44,024 bases of DNA from Gemmatimonadota bacterium (GCA_039591275.1 JBDHDY010000002.1:1-44024), one strand, 5' to 3'; numbered from the stretch's first letter, positions 18,192 through 28,567 are shown. Translations and numbers: made by a program. Notes: generated from the sequence alone by a model not told the origin.

Positions 18192-19636
18192 TGTCTGACC
18201 TCCGGTCTCCGTCCGCGGAAGCGGGAGGGGCGGAGGGGCACCATCAGATGTGGGGTGGCCGCTTCAAGAAGGGTCCGAGCGACGCCCTTGCCGCCCTCAA
18301 TGACAGCCTCCCCGTCGACCTCCGCCTTTGGCCCCAGGACATCCGGGGCAGCAAAGCCTGGGTGCTGGCGCTAGCCGCGGCGGAGATCCTCGACGCGGGT
18401 GAAGAATCGGCGCTACTCCAGGGTCTGGACCGGGTGGGGCGGAGAATCAGCGACGGAGCGGGCCGCGACGCCCACGACGAGGACGTACACACGCTGGTCG
18501 AGCGCCTCCTCTATGAGGAGGTGGGCGACGTTGCCGGGAAACTGCATACCGGCCGGTCTCGCAATGACCAGGTGGCGACGGATCTGCGGCTCTGGTGCCT
18601 CGACGCCCTTCAGGCCGTCGACGAGGAAGTCGCCAGGTTGGGCCTGGCTTTGGCCGCCCAGGCGCGAAAGGGAGTCGATCTGTTGCTCCCCGGCTATACG
18701 CACGGGCAACAGGCCCAGGCGGTGCGATGGGCCTTCGTGCTGCTCGCCCACACTTGGCCCCTGGTTCGAGACCGGGAGCGACTCCAGGACGTGCGTTGGC
18801 ACGTGGCCGAATTGCCCCTCGGCTCCGGTGCGGTAGCGGGATCGAGCGTCGCCGTCGACCGGGAGATTCTGCGGGAATTCCTCGGGTTTAGGTCGGTGTC
18901 TCCCAACGCGCTGGATACAACCGGCGACCGCGATTTTGTTGCCGAGTTCCTCTTCGTCTCGACGCTCATTGCCACCCACTTGTCTCGCCTGGGTGGTGAG
19001 CTCGTGATGTACAACTCAACCGAATACGGATTCGTTCGCCTGGCGGACGAATTCTCCACGGGATCGAGTCTGTTACCTCAGAAGCGAAACCCGGATGTCT
19101 TCGAGCTGGCACGTGCCAAGGCGGCGCGGGTGCTCGGGGATTTGGTGGGCTTTGTTGGCGCGATCCGCGGCCTCCCTGCCGGATACAGCAAGGACTTGCA
19201 GGAGGACAAGGCCCACCTCTTCGATGCCGTGGACACAATCATGATCACGCTCCCGGCCGTCCGGGGAGCGGTGGAAACGCTGCAGCCGGTGCCAGAGCGC
19301 ATGCAGGCCGCCCTCCAGGAGAACCTCTTTGCCACCGACGTGGCGGATGGCCTTGTGGGACGGGGGATGCCGTTTCGAGATGCGCACGGGATTGCCGGGC
19401 GTTTGGTGTCAATTGCGGAAGAGCGCGGTGTGGATCTGAGAGACGTTCCGGCATCTGCGGCCGGCGAGATTCACGGAGAGCTTCCGGCGGTGCTCGCCGG
19501 CCTGGGATCGTTTGAGGATTCTGTGCAACGGAGACTGTCTGCAGGTGGGACGTCGCGGGAGTCGGTTGTACAACAGCTCGACGCCCTGGAACTCGAGCTT
19601 GACCGTTCTGTCCGGCGGGCCCCTCGCGAGGGCTGA
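18191..19636 (+). CDS. argH: argininosuccinate lyase
   Basis: MWGGRFKKGPS, HTGRSRNDQVATD, GSSLLPQKRNPDVFEL (fumarate-lyase signature). ATG 18191 shares one nt with the argG TGA. The conserved N-terminus begins at ATG 18248, an alternative start. Confidence 0.9.
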   Translation: MSDLRSPSAEAGGAEGHHQMWGGRFKKGPSDALAALNDSLPVDLRLWPQDIRGSKAWVLALAAAEILDAGEESALLQGLDRVGRRISDGAGRDAHDEDVHTLVERLLYEEVGDVAGKLHTGRSRNDQVATDLRLWCLDALQAVDEEVARLGLALAAQARKGVDLLLPGYTHGQQAQAVRWAFVLLAHTWPLVRDRERLQDVRWHVAELPLGSGAVAGSSVAVDREILREFLGFRSVSPNALDTTGDRDFVAEFLFVSTLIATHLSRLGGELVMYNSTEYGFVRLADEFSTGSSLLPQKRNPDVFELARAKAARVLGDLVGFVGAIRGLPAGYSKDLQEDKAHLFDAVDTIMITLPAVRGAVETLQPVPERMQAALQENLFATDVADGLVGRGMPFRDAHGIAGRLVSIAEERGVDLRDVPASAAGEIHGELPAVLAGLGSFEDSVQRRLSAGGTSRESVVQQLDALELELDRSVRRAPREG

Positions 19637-19660
19637 CCGCGGCCCGCCTTGCGACGGCAG

Positions 19661-19897
19661 CTATTTTTCCTCTAGGTCCTCCAGCATTTCCTCGAAGTCT
19701 TGCTCCTCCCATCGGAACCGGTGTGGGTCAGTAGCGTCTCGCAGGACGGCGAGCACGTCAGAAATCCGGTCGGCGTGCGGCTCCTCGAACTCCTCGGTTC
19801 GGAACACATCCTCGGCCCATGCGGCAAGGTCTTCCAGGCTGACCAATCCGTCGAGGTGGGCTTGGATCTGCTCTTTTAGGTCATGACGATTGACCAT
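19661..19897 (-). CDS. small, very acidic hypothetical protein (78 aa)
   Basis: Third-position GC about 70%, as in neighbouring genes. The sequence is helical-looking and Glu/Asp-rich (..EDVFRTEEFEEPHADRISDV..EEQDFEEMLEDLEEK). No known motif recognised. Confidence 0.5.
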   Translation of the reverse strand: MVNRHDLKEQIQAHLDGLVSLEDLAAWAEDVFRTEEFEEPHADRISDVLAVLRDATDPHRFRWEEQDFEEMLEDLEEK

Positions 19898-19935
19898 GGG
19901 TCTCGCTTTCGCGATCAGTTTGGCAAGATTAGCTC

Positions 19936-19965
19936 TTGCAAGCGCTTACGACGCCGGGTTAAAAT
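19936..19965 (+). promoter_or_regulatory. candidate sigma70-type promoter for the HNH gene
   Basis: TTGCAA (19936..19941), 18-nt spacer, TAAAAT (19960..19965). The -35 lies inside the palindrome CTTGCAAG. Confidence 0.3.
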
Positions 19966-20019
19966 CCAAGCTGAGCGGATCTGTGCGCGCCTGTCCACCG
20001 ACCGATTCGGAACGGGGGT

Positions 20020-20589
20020 ATGCTGATGGGGTTACACGCGCGCTGCCTGGCCCTGAACACGTCATTCGAGCCGCTGACCTTGGTTCCGGTTCGACGGGCG
20101 CTTCGCCTGGTCATCGACGGCAAGGCCGAGATCGTCGAGGCGGACAGGGGCCGGTTCATCCACAGCGAGCGTTTGACGGTGCCCCGTCCGGCGGTCATCC
20201 GCCTGGCTCGATTCGTTCATGTTCCTCGCAAGTTCAGGCGGCAGGTCACGAATACCTTCCTGTTTGCCCGCGATACGTACCGGTGTCAGTTCTGCGGCCG
20301 CTCCGCGGCGGAACTCAAGGCGCGGGTGTGTCTAACTCGTGACCATCTCATCCCGCTTTCGCGGGGCGGAACGAACGAGTGGACGAACGTTATCACCGCG
20401 TGCTCAACGTGCAATACGCGCAAGGGTAATCGCCTGCCGGCCGAGTGCGGCATGAAGCCGCGCAAGCTTCCCCATGAACCGCACTTTGTCTCGCTGACCT
20501 GGGCGGTGCGGCGCTTGACGCCCATCCAGACCAAATACATTCGCCTGTTCTACGGTGAGAGGACTCTCGCGGAGTTGCGCTCGCTTTGA
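20020..20589 (+). CDS. HNH endonuclease family protein (conserved ~190-aa type with an N-terminal non-nuclease domain)
   Basis: CQFCGRS...LTRDHLIPLSRGGTNEWTNVITACSTCNTRKGN (CxxC...DH...N...CxxC HNH core). N-terminal LALNTSFEPLTLVPVRRALRLVIDGKAEIV. Confidence 0.8.
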   Translation: MLMGLHARCLALNTSFEPLTLVPVRRALRLVIDGKAEIVEADRGRFIHSERLTVPRPAVIRLARFVHVPRKFRRQVTNTFLFARDTYRCQFCGRSAAELKARVCLTRDHLIPLSRGGTNEWTNVITACSTCNTRKGNRLPAECGMKPRKLPHEPHFVSLTWAVRRLTPIQTKYIRLFYGERTLAELRSL

Positions 20590-20623
20590 CGATTTCCCGG
20601 TTCTGGTCCGCCGGGTCCTGCCC

Positions 20624-21043
20624 ATGAAAGCCCACACCCACTACTTCTGGTTCAAGACCTCCAAGCGTCAAGAAATCATCGACATCACGGATGACGTGGC
20701 TGAACAGGTGACGGCCAGTGGCATCAGCGAGGGATTCGTCTTGATCTCGGCGATGCATATCACTGCGTCAGTGTTTGTCAACGACCACGAGTCCGGACTG
20801 TGGCACGATATCCTGACATGGCTGGAGGGGACGGTCGCCCCCTGGGAGCCGGATCGCTATCGTCATAATCTGACCGGCGAAGACAACGCCGCAGCTCATC
20901 TCAGGAGCCTGACAGTCGGTCACGAGGTCATCGTGCCGGTGACCGGCGGCGCCCTGGATTTGGGGCCGTGGCAGCGGGTGTTCTACGGGGAGTGGGACGG
21001 ACGGCGCCGTAAGCGCGTAATCGTCAAGGTGATGGGTGAGTGA
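20624..21043 (+). CDS. YjbQ/UPF0047 family protein (secondary thiamine-phosphate synthase family)
   Basis: 139 aa from ATG 20624: ..IIDITDDV..GFVLISAMHITASVFVNDHESGL..DNAAAHLRS..VPVTGGALDLGPWQRVFYGEWDG. Confidence 0.85.
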   Translation: MKAHTHYFWFKTSKRQEIIDITDDVAEQVTASGISEGFVLISAMHITASVFVNDHESGLWHDILTWLEGTVAPWEPDRYRHNLTGEDNAAAHLRSLTVGHEVIVPVTGGALDLGPWQRVFYGEWDGRRRKRVIVKVMGE

Positions 21044-21108
21044 GCCTGGTTGTTGGGTTCTTGCGGGTCTGTTAGTTTGAACGGTTACCGTCGTGTAAGT
21101 GAGGACCG

Positions 21109-22677
21109 TTGGCGACGTACCACCTCGCAAACCTCTTTGCCGAGCGGGTACGAGAGCATCCCGAGCGAGATTGCCTGCTCCTGGGCGCTCGGCGGCTCAC
21201 GTATGGTGAGGTGGAGAAGCAGGCCGCATCCCTGGCCGCTGCATTCCGAGAGTTCGGGATCGAGCACGGGGACCGAGTTGCTGTCGAGTTGCTGAATTCT
21301 CCGGAGTGGGTCATCACGCTGCTCGCCACGGCGCGGCTTGGCGCGATTCTCGTGCCGATCGATCCCTCCGTCAGCTACCACGAGTTGAAGTATCAGCTCC
21401 GCCATGCAGAGTCGAGCCTGATGGTGGTCGCCGAGTCCGTGGGCGACGTGGAGTCACTCGAGCTGTTCGACGAACTCATGACGGAGTTGCCGGACCTCCA
21501 GTACCTCGTCGCGGTGGGTGGGGAGGATTTGTGGTACGACGATCGGGCGTTCCGATTCCGGGACGTTGTGGGGTGCCATAGGGACGAGCCACCGATCGCC
21601 GAGATCGATCCCGGAACCGCGCCGCTGGCAATCCTCTACACATCGGGGACAATGGGCAAGCCGAAGGGGGTCGTGCTCACGCACGAGAATCTCGTGCACA
21701 CGGCAGCCCTGACGGCGGATGCACTGCAGATGGGCGACGAGGAGGTAGTGCTCGGGGCGGTCCCGCTGGCCACCGTGTTCGGCACTCACGTCACGATCAC
21801 GGCGCTGATCAAAGGCGCGACACTCGTGCTCCAGGAGCGATTCAAAGCCTCGGAGGCGCTGGATTTGATCGAGCAGCACGGAATCACCATCTGCCACGGT
21901 GTGCCCACGATGTTCCAGCTCTTGATGCGGGATCCATCATTCGAGAGCCGGGACCTTTCCAGTGTCCGGACCGGCATTATCGCGGGGAGCCCGGTATCAC
22001 CCGAGATGGTGCAGCGGACCAGGCGCTGGAATGACGTGCAGGTGGCCTACGGCCTTACCGAGACCGGACCAACGGTGACCATTACGCGCTTCGACGATGC
22101 CGTGGACTTGCGCGATAACACGGTTGGTCGGCCGCTACCAGGTGTGGAGATTAAGGTGCTCGACATCACGTCTGGTACGCTGCACGGTCCGGAAGCTGTG
22201 GGTGAGCTGGTAGTCAAGGGGCCGAACGTGATGGCGGGTTACTATCGCATGCCGTCGGAGACCGCCCGGTCGTTCACGCCCGAAGGGTTTTTCCGCACCG
22301 GCGATCTCGCTGTGCTGGATGAGCATGGGGCAGCGACCATCATCGGCCGTCACAAAGACATGATTATACGTGGCGGCTATAACATCTTTCCGCGCGAGTT
22401 GGAGGATGTTTTGCGAACGCATCCGGCCGTGGAAGACGCTTGCGTGGTAGGTGTCCCCAACGAGATCCTGGGGGAGCTTGTCTGCGCGTGTGTCGTGCCG
22501 GTAGAGGGTGCTATCGTCACGGGCGACGAACTCAAGGAGTTCAGCGGTGAACGAGTGGCTGACTACAAAGTCCCAGATCTGGTCCGTTTCTTCGACACCT
22601 TCCCGATGACCGGGAGCGGGCAGGTGAAACGACGAGAACTGACACAGGTGGTGGGACTAGAATTGAGTGCTACGTGA
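21109..22677 (+). CDS. AMP-dependent acyl-CoA synthetase/ligase
   Basis: [64 protein letters not shown] start preceded by GTGAGGA. Confidence 0.85.
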   Translation: MATYHLANLFAERVREHPERDCLLLGARRLTYGEVEKQAASLAAAFREFGIEHGDRVAVELLNSPEWVITLLATARLGAILVPIDPSVSYHELKYQLRHAESSLMVVAESVGDVESLELFDELMTELPDLQYLVAVGGEDLWYDDRAFRFRDVVGCHRDEPPIAEIDPGTAPLAILYTSGTMGKPKGVVLTHENLVHTAALTADALQMGDEEVVLGAVPLATVFGTHVTITALIKGATLVLQERFKASEALDLIEQHGITICHGVPTMFQLLMRDPSFESRDLSSVRTGIIAGSPVSPEMVQRTRRWNDVQVAYGLTETGPTVTITRFDDAVDLRDNTVGRPLPGVEIKVLDITSGTLHGPEAVGELVVKGPNVMAGYYRMPSETARSFTPEGFFRTGDLAVLDEHGAATIIGRHKDMIIRGGYNIFPRELEDVLRTHPAVEDACVVGVPNEILGELVCACVVPVEGAIVTGDELKEFSGERVADYKVPDLVRFFDTFPMTGSGQVKRRELTQVVGLELSAT

Positions 22678-24734
22678 AAGATGTCATGATTCCCGGACGG
22701 GGGCCGCAGAGCATCCCTTCGGACCCCAAGATCCATGCACCGAATGCCGCGCTGTTAATCGACTTCGACAATGTTACGATGGGGATCCGTTCGGATCTCC
22801 AAAACCAACTGCGAAAGCTTCTCAACTCCGCAATCATCAAGGGGAAGGTCGCCGTGCAGCGGGCGTACGCGGACTGGCGTCGATATCCGCAGTACATCGT
22901 CCCGCTGTCAGAGGCTTCCATCGACCTGATATTCGCGCCGGCGTTTGGCGCTAATAAGAAGAACGCCACAGACATTCGTCTGGCAATCGACGCCCTGGAA
23001 TTGGTGTTCACCAGACCTGAGATCGGAACCTTCATCCTCCTCTCCGGCGACAGCGATTTTTCAAGCCTCGTGCTCAAACTCAAGGAATACGGCAAGTACA
23101 TCGTCGGCGTGGGCATCCGTGAGTCAGCGAGTGATCTGCTCGTGCAGAATTGCGACGAGTACTACAGCTACAACGAGCTGACGGGTCTGGCGAAAGAGGG
23201 AGAGGTGCAGGTCCTTCGCCGCGACCCGTGGGAGCTCGTTGTCGAGGCGGCGTGTCGCATGAAGGATCGCGAAGACGTCATGCGATCCGATCGCCTCAAG
23301 CAGGTGATGCAGGAGATAGACGGGCACTTCGATGAGAAGGATGCGGGCTTCAACCGCTTCAGCAAATTCGTCCTTGAGGCGGGCAGGCGAGGATTGCTGC
23401 GATTTGAGAAGTTGGAAAACGGTCAATACGAAATCGACGTTGGCCCGGAAGCCAATGTGCCACCGGAATCGGCTCCAGCTACGGAGTCCAGCGCGCCGGC
23501 CCGAGCCAAACGCAAACGCACACGGACGAGGGTCGAGAAAGCCGCTGGTGCAGGTGGGCTGACCCTGGCAGGCGCCTTTGCGCTCGTGAAGAGCGCGCTC
23601 CTCGAACTCGGAGCCGTCGACGCCACGTCGGCGGATGCTGAAAAGGTGCGCGATCGGATGATCGCCTTGGCTGGCGACGACGGCGATCCCACATTCGAGC
23701 CAAAGCGGTTTCAGCGCCTGCTCCGGCAGGCCCATGACGCCGGCATCATTGAGTTGGTGAAGTCCACTGACGACGGCTATCTGCTCAAGCTGACGCCAGA
23801 AGCCCAGGTGGCGGAGGTGGAAGCGGCAGACGAGTCAGGTCCGGTCGAGACGAGCCCCGCGTCCGAAGTGGAAGCGCCCGCAACCGCGCCGCGCGGCAGG
23901 CGCAGGGCCAAGGCGACAGCCCGCACGCGAAAACCGAAGGCCGAGCCGGAAGCGCCGGCGGAAGCCGAAAAGGCGGTCGTGGAGGCGCCAGCTGAGGAGA
24001 AGCCGAAAACGCGGAAGACGGCCACCAAACGCAAGCGGGCAACCACGAAGAAACGACCCGCCGCCTCCGCTGACGACGCCGAAGCGGCAAGCGAGGAAGC
24101 ACCACCTGAGGAAGCTGCTGAAGCAGCTCGCGTTCCCGAGCGTGCGCGAGCCAAGAAGACGCCTCGCACACGCTCGCCGGAAACAAAGCATAAGCGGACA
24201 ACAGCGCGGAAGCAGAAGGCGGAGCCCTCAGGATCCAAAAGCGCGCCGAGTCCTGAGGAGCACTCCCAAGCCCCCAGAGGCGGCGGCTCCGCCGAGCAAC
24301 GCGGCGCCGGAACGCCAACGACGGGCGCCAGGAGAAACCCTCGATACCGTAGCGGGTCTCGTGGTGTGGTGCGGAAGGCGAAAGGTAGTAAGGAAGAGGC
24401 GCTGGCGCGTCCGGAACCCACTCCGGCGGTAACCGCGCCCCCCGAGGAGCCTGAGACGAGGCCCGCGGGGAGACGTTCACTTCGCTCCCGACCTGGGAGC
24501 CGCGGCCGGAGTTCCACGACCAAGCAGGAAAAGAAGATGGAAACTCCGGCTCCCCCGCCTTCCTCTGAGCCGGACGTTGCGCCGCATGTCGAACCGCCAT
24601 CCACCCGCTCCACGACACCAGACCCTCCCGAAGCTGACGACCAGCCAACTGAGCGGGGAGGCGGGTTGTTCAAAAGAATGACCGATGCCTTTCAGAAGGC
24701 GCTTACGGGTGGCGATTCGGAGGAGGAGAAGTAG
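22674..24734 (+). CDS. NYN (LabA-like) nuclease domain + two OST-HTH/LOTUS-like domains + long charged low-complexity tail
   Basis: NYN: ALLIDFDNV.., [46 protein letters not shown]-like: [27 protein letters not shown] and [23 protein letters not shown]. From about 23811 it is K/R/E/P/A/T-rich, and it ends ..[29 protein letters not shown] overlap with the upstream gene. Confidence 0.8.
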   Translation: MKDVMIPGRGPQSIPSDPKIHAPNAALLIDFDNVTMGIRSDLQNQLRKLLNSAIIKGKVAVQRAYADWRRYPQYIVPLSEASIDLIFAPAFGANKKNATDIRLAIDALELVFTRPEIGTFILLSGDSDFSSLVLKLKEYGKYIVGVGIRESASDLLVQNCDEYYSYNELTGLAKEGEVQVLRRDPWELVVEAACRMKDREDVMRSDRLKQVMQEIDGHFDEKDAGFNRFSKFVLEAGRRGLLRFEKLENGQYEIDVGPEANVPPESAPATESSAPARAKRKRTRTRVEKAAGAGGLTLAGAFALVKSALLELGAVDATSADAEKVRDRMIALAGDDGDPTFEPKRFQRLLRQAHDAGIIELVKSTDDGYLLKLTPEAQVAEVEAADESGPVETSPASEVEAPATAPRGRRRAKATARTRKPKAEPEAPAEAEKAVVEAPAEEKPKTRKTATKRKRATTKKRPAASADDAEAASEEAPPEEAAEAARVPERARAKKTPRTRSPETKHKRTTARKQKAEPSGSKSAPSPEEHSQAPRGGGSAEQRGAGTPTTGARRNPRYRSGSRGVVRKAKGSKEEALARPEPTPAVTAPPEEPETRPAGRRSLRSRPGSRGRSSTTKQEKKMETPAPPPSSEPDVAPHVEPPSTRSTTPDPPEADDQPTERGGGLFKRMTDAFQKALTGGDSEEEK

Positions 24735-24741
24735 CCCGCTG

Positions 24742-25335
24742 GTGAGCGTGCCGCGGCCGCTGCTAGCCGATTTCTATGCGCGCGACACCGTCAGTGTCGC
24801 GCGCGATCTTTTGGGGTGTGTGCTGGAGACGAGGGCTCGAGGTGTCGTGACGTCAGGGCGTATTGTCGAGGTGGAGGCCTATCTCGGCCCGGATGATCCG
24901 GCAGCACACAGCTTCGGTAACCGTCGGACGGAACGCACTGCTGCGATGTTTGGCCCGCCCGGGACCTCATACGTGTACTTCATCTATGGTGCACATTGGT
25001 GTTTCAACGTCGTTACGGAGCGCCAGGGATACCCGGCGGCCGTGCTGGTCAGGGCCCTGGAGCCCTTGGACGGGCTCTCGGCTATGCGCCGCCGCCGCCG
25101 GACCAGGAACGACCGGCTGCTTTGCTCCGGCCCGGGTAGGTTGTGTGCGGCGTTGGGCATCAAGGGGTCGCTGAATCGTCGTCGGCTCGACGACGACCGC
25201 ATGCGCATTATCGGCCCAAGTGAAACTGCCCCGAAGGATATCGGGGCAGGTCCGAGGATCGGGGTGTCACGCGCAGCGAGCTGGCCGCTTCGTTTCTACG
25301 AGGAGGGCTCGCCGTGGCTGTCGCGCCGCGGGTGA
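24742..25335 (+). CDS. mpg: DNA-3-methyladenine glycosylase (Mpg/AAG family)
   Basis: FYARDTVSVARDLLG, GRIVEVEAYLGPDDPAAHSF.., GTSYVYFIYGAHWCFNVV, LCSGPGRLCAALGI. GTG 24742 (after AGGAGGAG) is preferred over ATG 24685, which overlaps the previous gene. Confidence 0.8.
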   Translation: MSVPRPLLADFYARDTVSVARDLLGCVLETRARGVVTSGRIVEVEAYLGPDDPAAHSFGNRRTERTAAMFGPPGTSYVYFIYGAHWCFNVVTERQGYPAAVLVRALEPLDGLSAMRRRRRTRNDRLLCSGPGRLCAALGIKGSLNRRRLDDDRMRIIGPSETAPKDIGAGPRIGVSRAASWPLRFYEEGSPWLSRRG

Positions 25336-25342
25336 GAGAGGC

Positions 25343-25993
25343 CTATCGTTCCGTGCTCACGGCCTCCTTCGAGTGCGTCACGATGAAACGGAGCCCCGCA
25401 TCGAACGTGTGCTGTGGGCTGGAAATGAGAAAATCGTCGACGGATGGGGTGAATTGGTATTGGCCAAAGATTGCCCAGCGCGGCAAGAATCGTAGCTGGA
25501 ATCCACCGGTCAGCGCTAGGAACGCCTTCGTGGCCAGCTGGTCGATTTGTTCTTGCACGTTCAGCTGTTCCTGCAGCGATGCAAACGTTCCCCCGGCCAC
25601 GGGATCGGTGACCCGCTGGATCACGAAACCCGCGCCAAGCAGGATATTGAAACGATCGCCACCTGGAACGGCTAATATCGATACTTGAATCCGTTGACCG
25701 TTGTCGAACGTCACCGACCTGCCGTCGGCAAGTAATGCCGATCCGTTTCCCCTAACTGAATAGAAGGTTTCGTCGAAAGCGAAATACAGTGCTGAGGTGC
25801 CAGCCGTAATTAGCCAGTGGCCTCCGGCAGACACCGCCAGTTCAGTGCCGGTGGGCGCGTCGTAGATTGTAGCGCCGCCCTGGACTCCCCAGAACCATTT
25901 GTTTCGCCAGGAAGTGTCGACTTGAGCGGATGCGGGCGTCGCCATAGCCAGCACCAGCGCGACAGCTGCAAGTAGCGCGGATCGTTTCCCCAT
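25343..25993 (-). CDS. secreted protein, probable small outer-membrane beta-barrel
   Basis: Signal peptide MGKRSALLAAVALVLAMATPASA/Q. GGAGGAG lies 5 nt upstream. Alternating hydrophobic beta-strand pattern with Gly/aromatic girdles. The function is an inference. Confidence 0.6.
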   Translation of the reverse strand: MGKRSALLAAVALVLAMATPASAQVDTSWRNKWFWGVQGGATIYDAPTGTELAVSAGGHWLITAGTSALYFAFDETFYSVRGNGSALLADGRSVTFDNGQRIQVSILAVPGGDRFNILLGAGFVIQRVTDPVAGGTFASLQEQLNVQEQIDQLATKAFLALTGGFQLRFLPRWAIFGQYQFTPSVDDFLISSPQHTFDAGLRFIVTHSKEAVSTER

Positions 25994-26177
25994 CGAATCT
26001 CCTCCAATCCCCGACCTGGCCTGCTCCAGCGATGGGCGCTCGGCCGGGATGGGTCGTAGCGGCCTGTATGGGTCCTTCCGCCTGGTTTCGCGGTACCTCG
26101 AAAATAGGAACGACCGGGAAAAAACGCGAGACCTAATTACGTCCTAGCACGTTGTGAACTGCGCATTTACGGCCCGA

Positions 26178-26195
26178 GTGTGACTCCCGTCACAC
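26178..26195 (-). terminator. hairpin downstream of kbl (no U-tract)
   Basis: GTGTGAC-tccc-GTCACAC, a perfect 7-bp stem about 70 nt after the kbl stop. A T-run (GCGTTTTTTCCC on the minus strand, near 26118..26128) lies further downstream but is not adjacent. Confidence 0.25.
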
Positions 26196-26261
26196 AATAT
26201 TTGTGCTGGAGTGCGCATGTCGGAGGATGAAGCACGAAACGAGGGGTCGCCACCATCCACG

Positions 26262-27461
26262 TCAGATGAGCTTGAGCTGCTTCCCAACCTTCTCAAATGC
26301 TCGCAGTACCTCGTCGAGGTCGTCTCGCGTGTGGCCCGCTGAGACCTGGCAGCGTACCCTGGCTTGGCCTTTGGGGACCACGGGGTACCCGAATCCCGTC
26401 ACGAACACGCCTTCGTCGAGCAACATGTTGCTCATTTGGATGGCCTTGGCGGTCTCACCGAGGATGACCGGTATGATGGCAGTGTCGCCCTTGAGCGGAC
26501 GGAATCCTAGCGCAAGGAGCTGCTCGCGGAAATATGTGGCACTCTCATGCAGCGTCGTGACGAGTTCCGGATGGTTCCTCAGGTGGTTCACCGCGGCCAA
26601 CGCACTGCCAGCCACGGTGCAAGGGAGAGCATTGGAGAAGAGCTGGGGACGAGATCGTTGGGTCAGATAATCGCAAAGCGCCTCTGATGAGGCGGTGAAG
26701 CCACCGGCTGCGCCGCCCAGGGCTTTCCCCAAGGTGGAGGTGACGATGTCCACTTCACCGAGAACTCCCGTGTGCTCCGCTGTGCCCCGCCCCGTCTTGC
26801 CGATTGCTCCGGTGCCGTGGGAGTCGTCGACGGCCACCATGGCGTCATAGCGTCGGGCTAGTTCGAGGATGTCGGCAAGCTTCGCGACGTCCCCCTCCAT
26901 GGAGAACACACCATCGGTGAAGATCAGACGTGTACGGCACGCTTTCGCGGCCTCGAGCTTGGCCTTCAGGTCGTCCATATCGGAGTGCTGATACACGGTC
27001 GACTGGCACTTGTTGATGGTCCGCGCGAGGCGGATGGCATCGATGATCGATGCGTGGTTCAGCTGATCGGAGATGACGATATCTTCGGGACCGAGGATCG
27101 TGGGACAGAGGCCCTCGTTGGCATTCCAGCAGGAGACGTAGCTCACTGCCGCCTGCGTGCCCACCAGATCCGCTAGCGCGTGTTCCAGGTCGCGATGGAT
27201 AGTGAAGGTGCCACAGATGAATCGCACGCTTGACGTGCCGGCGCCGAATCGGTCGAGCGCTTCCTTTCCCGCGGCGATCACATCTGGCTTGTCACTCAAC
27301 CCCAAGTAGTTGTTGCTGGATAATATGATAATCTCGCCCCGGCCCTCCATCGTGACACGGGCAGCCTGAGGCGAATCCAAGTAGTTCAGGCGTTTGTATA
27401 CTCCGTCCTTGCGGAACTGCTCCAACTCCGTTTGGAAGCGTTGCTCCACTGAAGCATTCAT
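26262..27461 (-). CDS. kbl: glycine C-acetyltransferase (2-amino-3-ketobutyrate CoA ligase)
   Basis: Collinear by eye with E. coli Kbl: NNYLGLS, SVRFICGT, DGVFSMEGD, DDSHG, STLGKALGG (PLP Lys), GFGYPVVPKGQARVR. Confidence 0.92.
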   Translation of the reverse strand: MNASVEQRFQTELEQFRKDGVYKRLNYLDSPQAARVTMEGRGEIIILSSNNYLGLSDKPDVIAAGKEALDRFGAGTSSVRFICGTFTIHRDLEHALADLVGTQAAVSYVSCWNANEGLCPTILGPEDIVISDQLNHASIIDAIRLARTINKCQSTVYQHSDMDDLKAKLEAAKACRTRLIFTDGVFSMEGDVAKLADILELARRYDAMVAVDDSHGTGAIGKTGRGTAEHTGVLGEVDIVTSTLGKALGGAAGGFTASSEALCDYLTQRSRPQLFSNALPCTVAGSALAAVNHLRNHPELVTTLHESATYFREQLLALGFRPLKGDTAIIPVILGETAKAIQMSNMLLDEGVFVTGFGYPVVPKGQARVRCQVSAGHTRDDLDEVLRAFEKVGKQLKLI

Positions 27462-28498
27462 GCTTGTCCCTCAATCTCGAGAATGACTTTCCCGGCTTCT
27501 CCTGAACGGATGGCGGCGAGGGCTCCGTCGATCTCGGCCAGCGGGAAGGTATGAGTAATCACCGGGCTGGGATCGAGAAGGCCCGCCCCGAGAAAACACC
27601 GCATCTGGTGCCAAGTTTCGAACATCCGCCGGCCGATCACCCCGTATATCGTGATTCCCCGAAAGATCACGTCGTTGGCTAACCCAATGGGGACATCTCC
27701 TCTGGGAAGTCCGAGGAGCTGTACCCGGCCACCCAGCCGGGCGCTCTGAAGCGCCTGGCGCACGGCGACGGGGTGGCCTGACATCTCGCACACGACATCG
27801 GCGCCTTCACCGTCGGTCTCTTCGCGGATGCGATCCACGGGATCTTCGTTGTTTGGATTGATCAACACTTCCGCACCCATGGATCGCGCAAGTTCCAAGC
27901 GGCGATCGTTGAGATCCGCTGCGATGACGTGAGACGCGCCAGCGGCTCGAGCCACACCCACAGCAAAGCAACCGATCGGTCCACACCCCAAGACGAACAC
28001 GGAGTTGCCCGGAATACTGGCGGTGAGAACCGTATGAAAAGCGTTGCCGAGGGGGTCCATGATGGCGCCGATGGTGCTGGGAATGCCCTCGAGTGGGATA
28101 ATGTTACCGGCTGGCATCGCGATGTATTCGGCGAACGCCCCGTTGCGGTCCACACCGATGATCGAGGTGTTCCGGCATACGTGCCCATTGCCCGTTCGGC
28201 ATTGGCGACAGTGGCCGCACACGATGTGTCCCTCCGCGGTCACCGACTGGCCGATGTGCAGTTCTACCGTGACTTCATCGCCAATCTCCACGATCTCGCC
28301 GGCGAATTCGTGTCCGACGACGACGGGAGGTTTTATCCTGCCCTGCGCCCACTCGTCCCAATCGGCGATGTGCAAGTCCGTGCCACAAACCCCGGCATGC
28401 TGTACTCTGACGAGTACCTCGGTCGGTCCACACGACGGTTTGGGGACATCGGCAATCTCCAGGCCGGGACCGGCCTCGAGTTTCTGAATTGCGCGCAT
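27458..28498 (-). CDS. tdh: L-threonine 3-dehydrogenase
   Basis: 346 aa from ATG 28498: GVCGTDLHI, VVGHEFAGEIVEIG, structural-Zn Cys cluster CGHCRQCRTGNGHVC, GCGPIG. Its stop overlaps the kbl ATG (ATGA). Confidence 0.9.
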   Translation of the reverse strand: MRAIQKLEAGPGLEIADVPKPSCGPTEVLVRVQHAGVCGTDLHIADWDEWAQGRIKPPVVVGHEFAGEIVEIGDEVTVELHIGQSVTAEGHIVCGHCRQCRTGNGHVCRNTSIIGVDRNGAFAEYIAMPAGNIIPLEGIPSTIGAIMDPLGNAFHTVLTASIPGNSVFVLGCGPIGCFAVGVARAAGASHVIAADLNDRRLELARSMGAEVLINPNNEDPVDRIREETDGEGADVVCEMSGHPVAVRQALQSARLGGRVQLLGLPRGDVPIGLANDVIFRGITIYGVIGRRMFETWHQMRCFLGAGLLDPSPVITHTFPLAEIDGALAAIRSGEAGKVILEIEGQA

Positions 28499-28567
28499 TA
28501 TTCCTCGCAGGATCCGGGCTCGGCAGGCGATCGAGCCGGTGCCCGAACCGCCCACGCGATTCCGATT

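Noticed and set aside
19921-19941. TGGCA...TTGCA resembling a sigma-54 (-24/-12) promoter
   Set aside because: The spacing between the GG and GC dinucleotides is 16 nt rather than the required ~10. The TTGCAA fits better as a sigma70-type -35 with TAAAAT 18 nt downstream.
23777-24673. Two ~290-aa minus-strand ORFs
   Set aside because: They are antisense to the low-complexity tail of the NYN/LOTUS gene. Their composition (Ala/Ser/Gly/Arg runs) mirrors the sense-strand repeats, and they have no start context or motifs.
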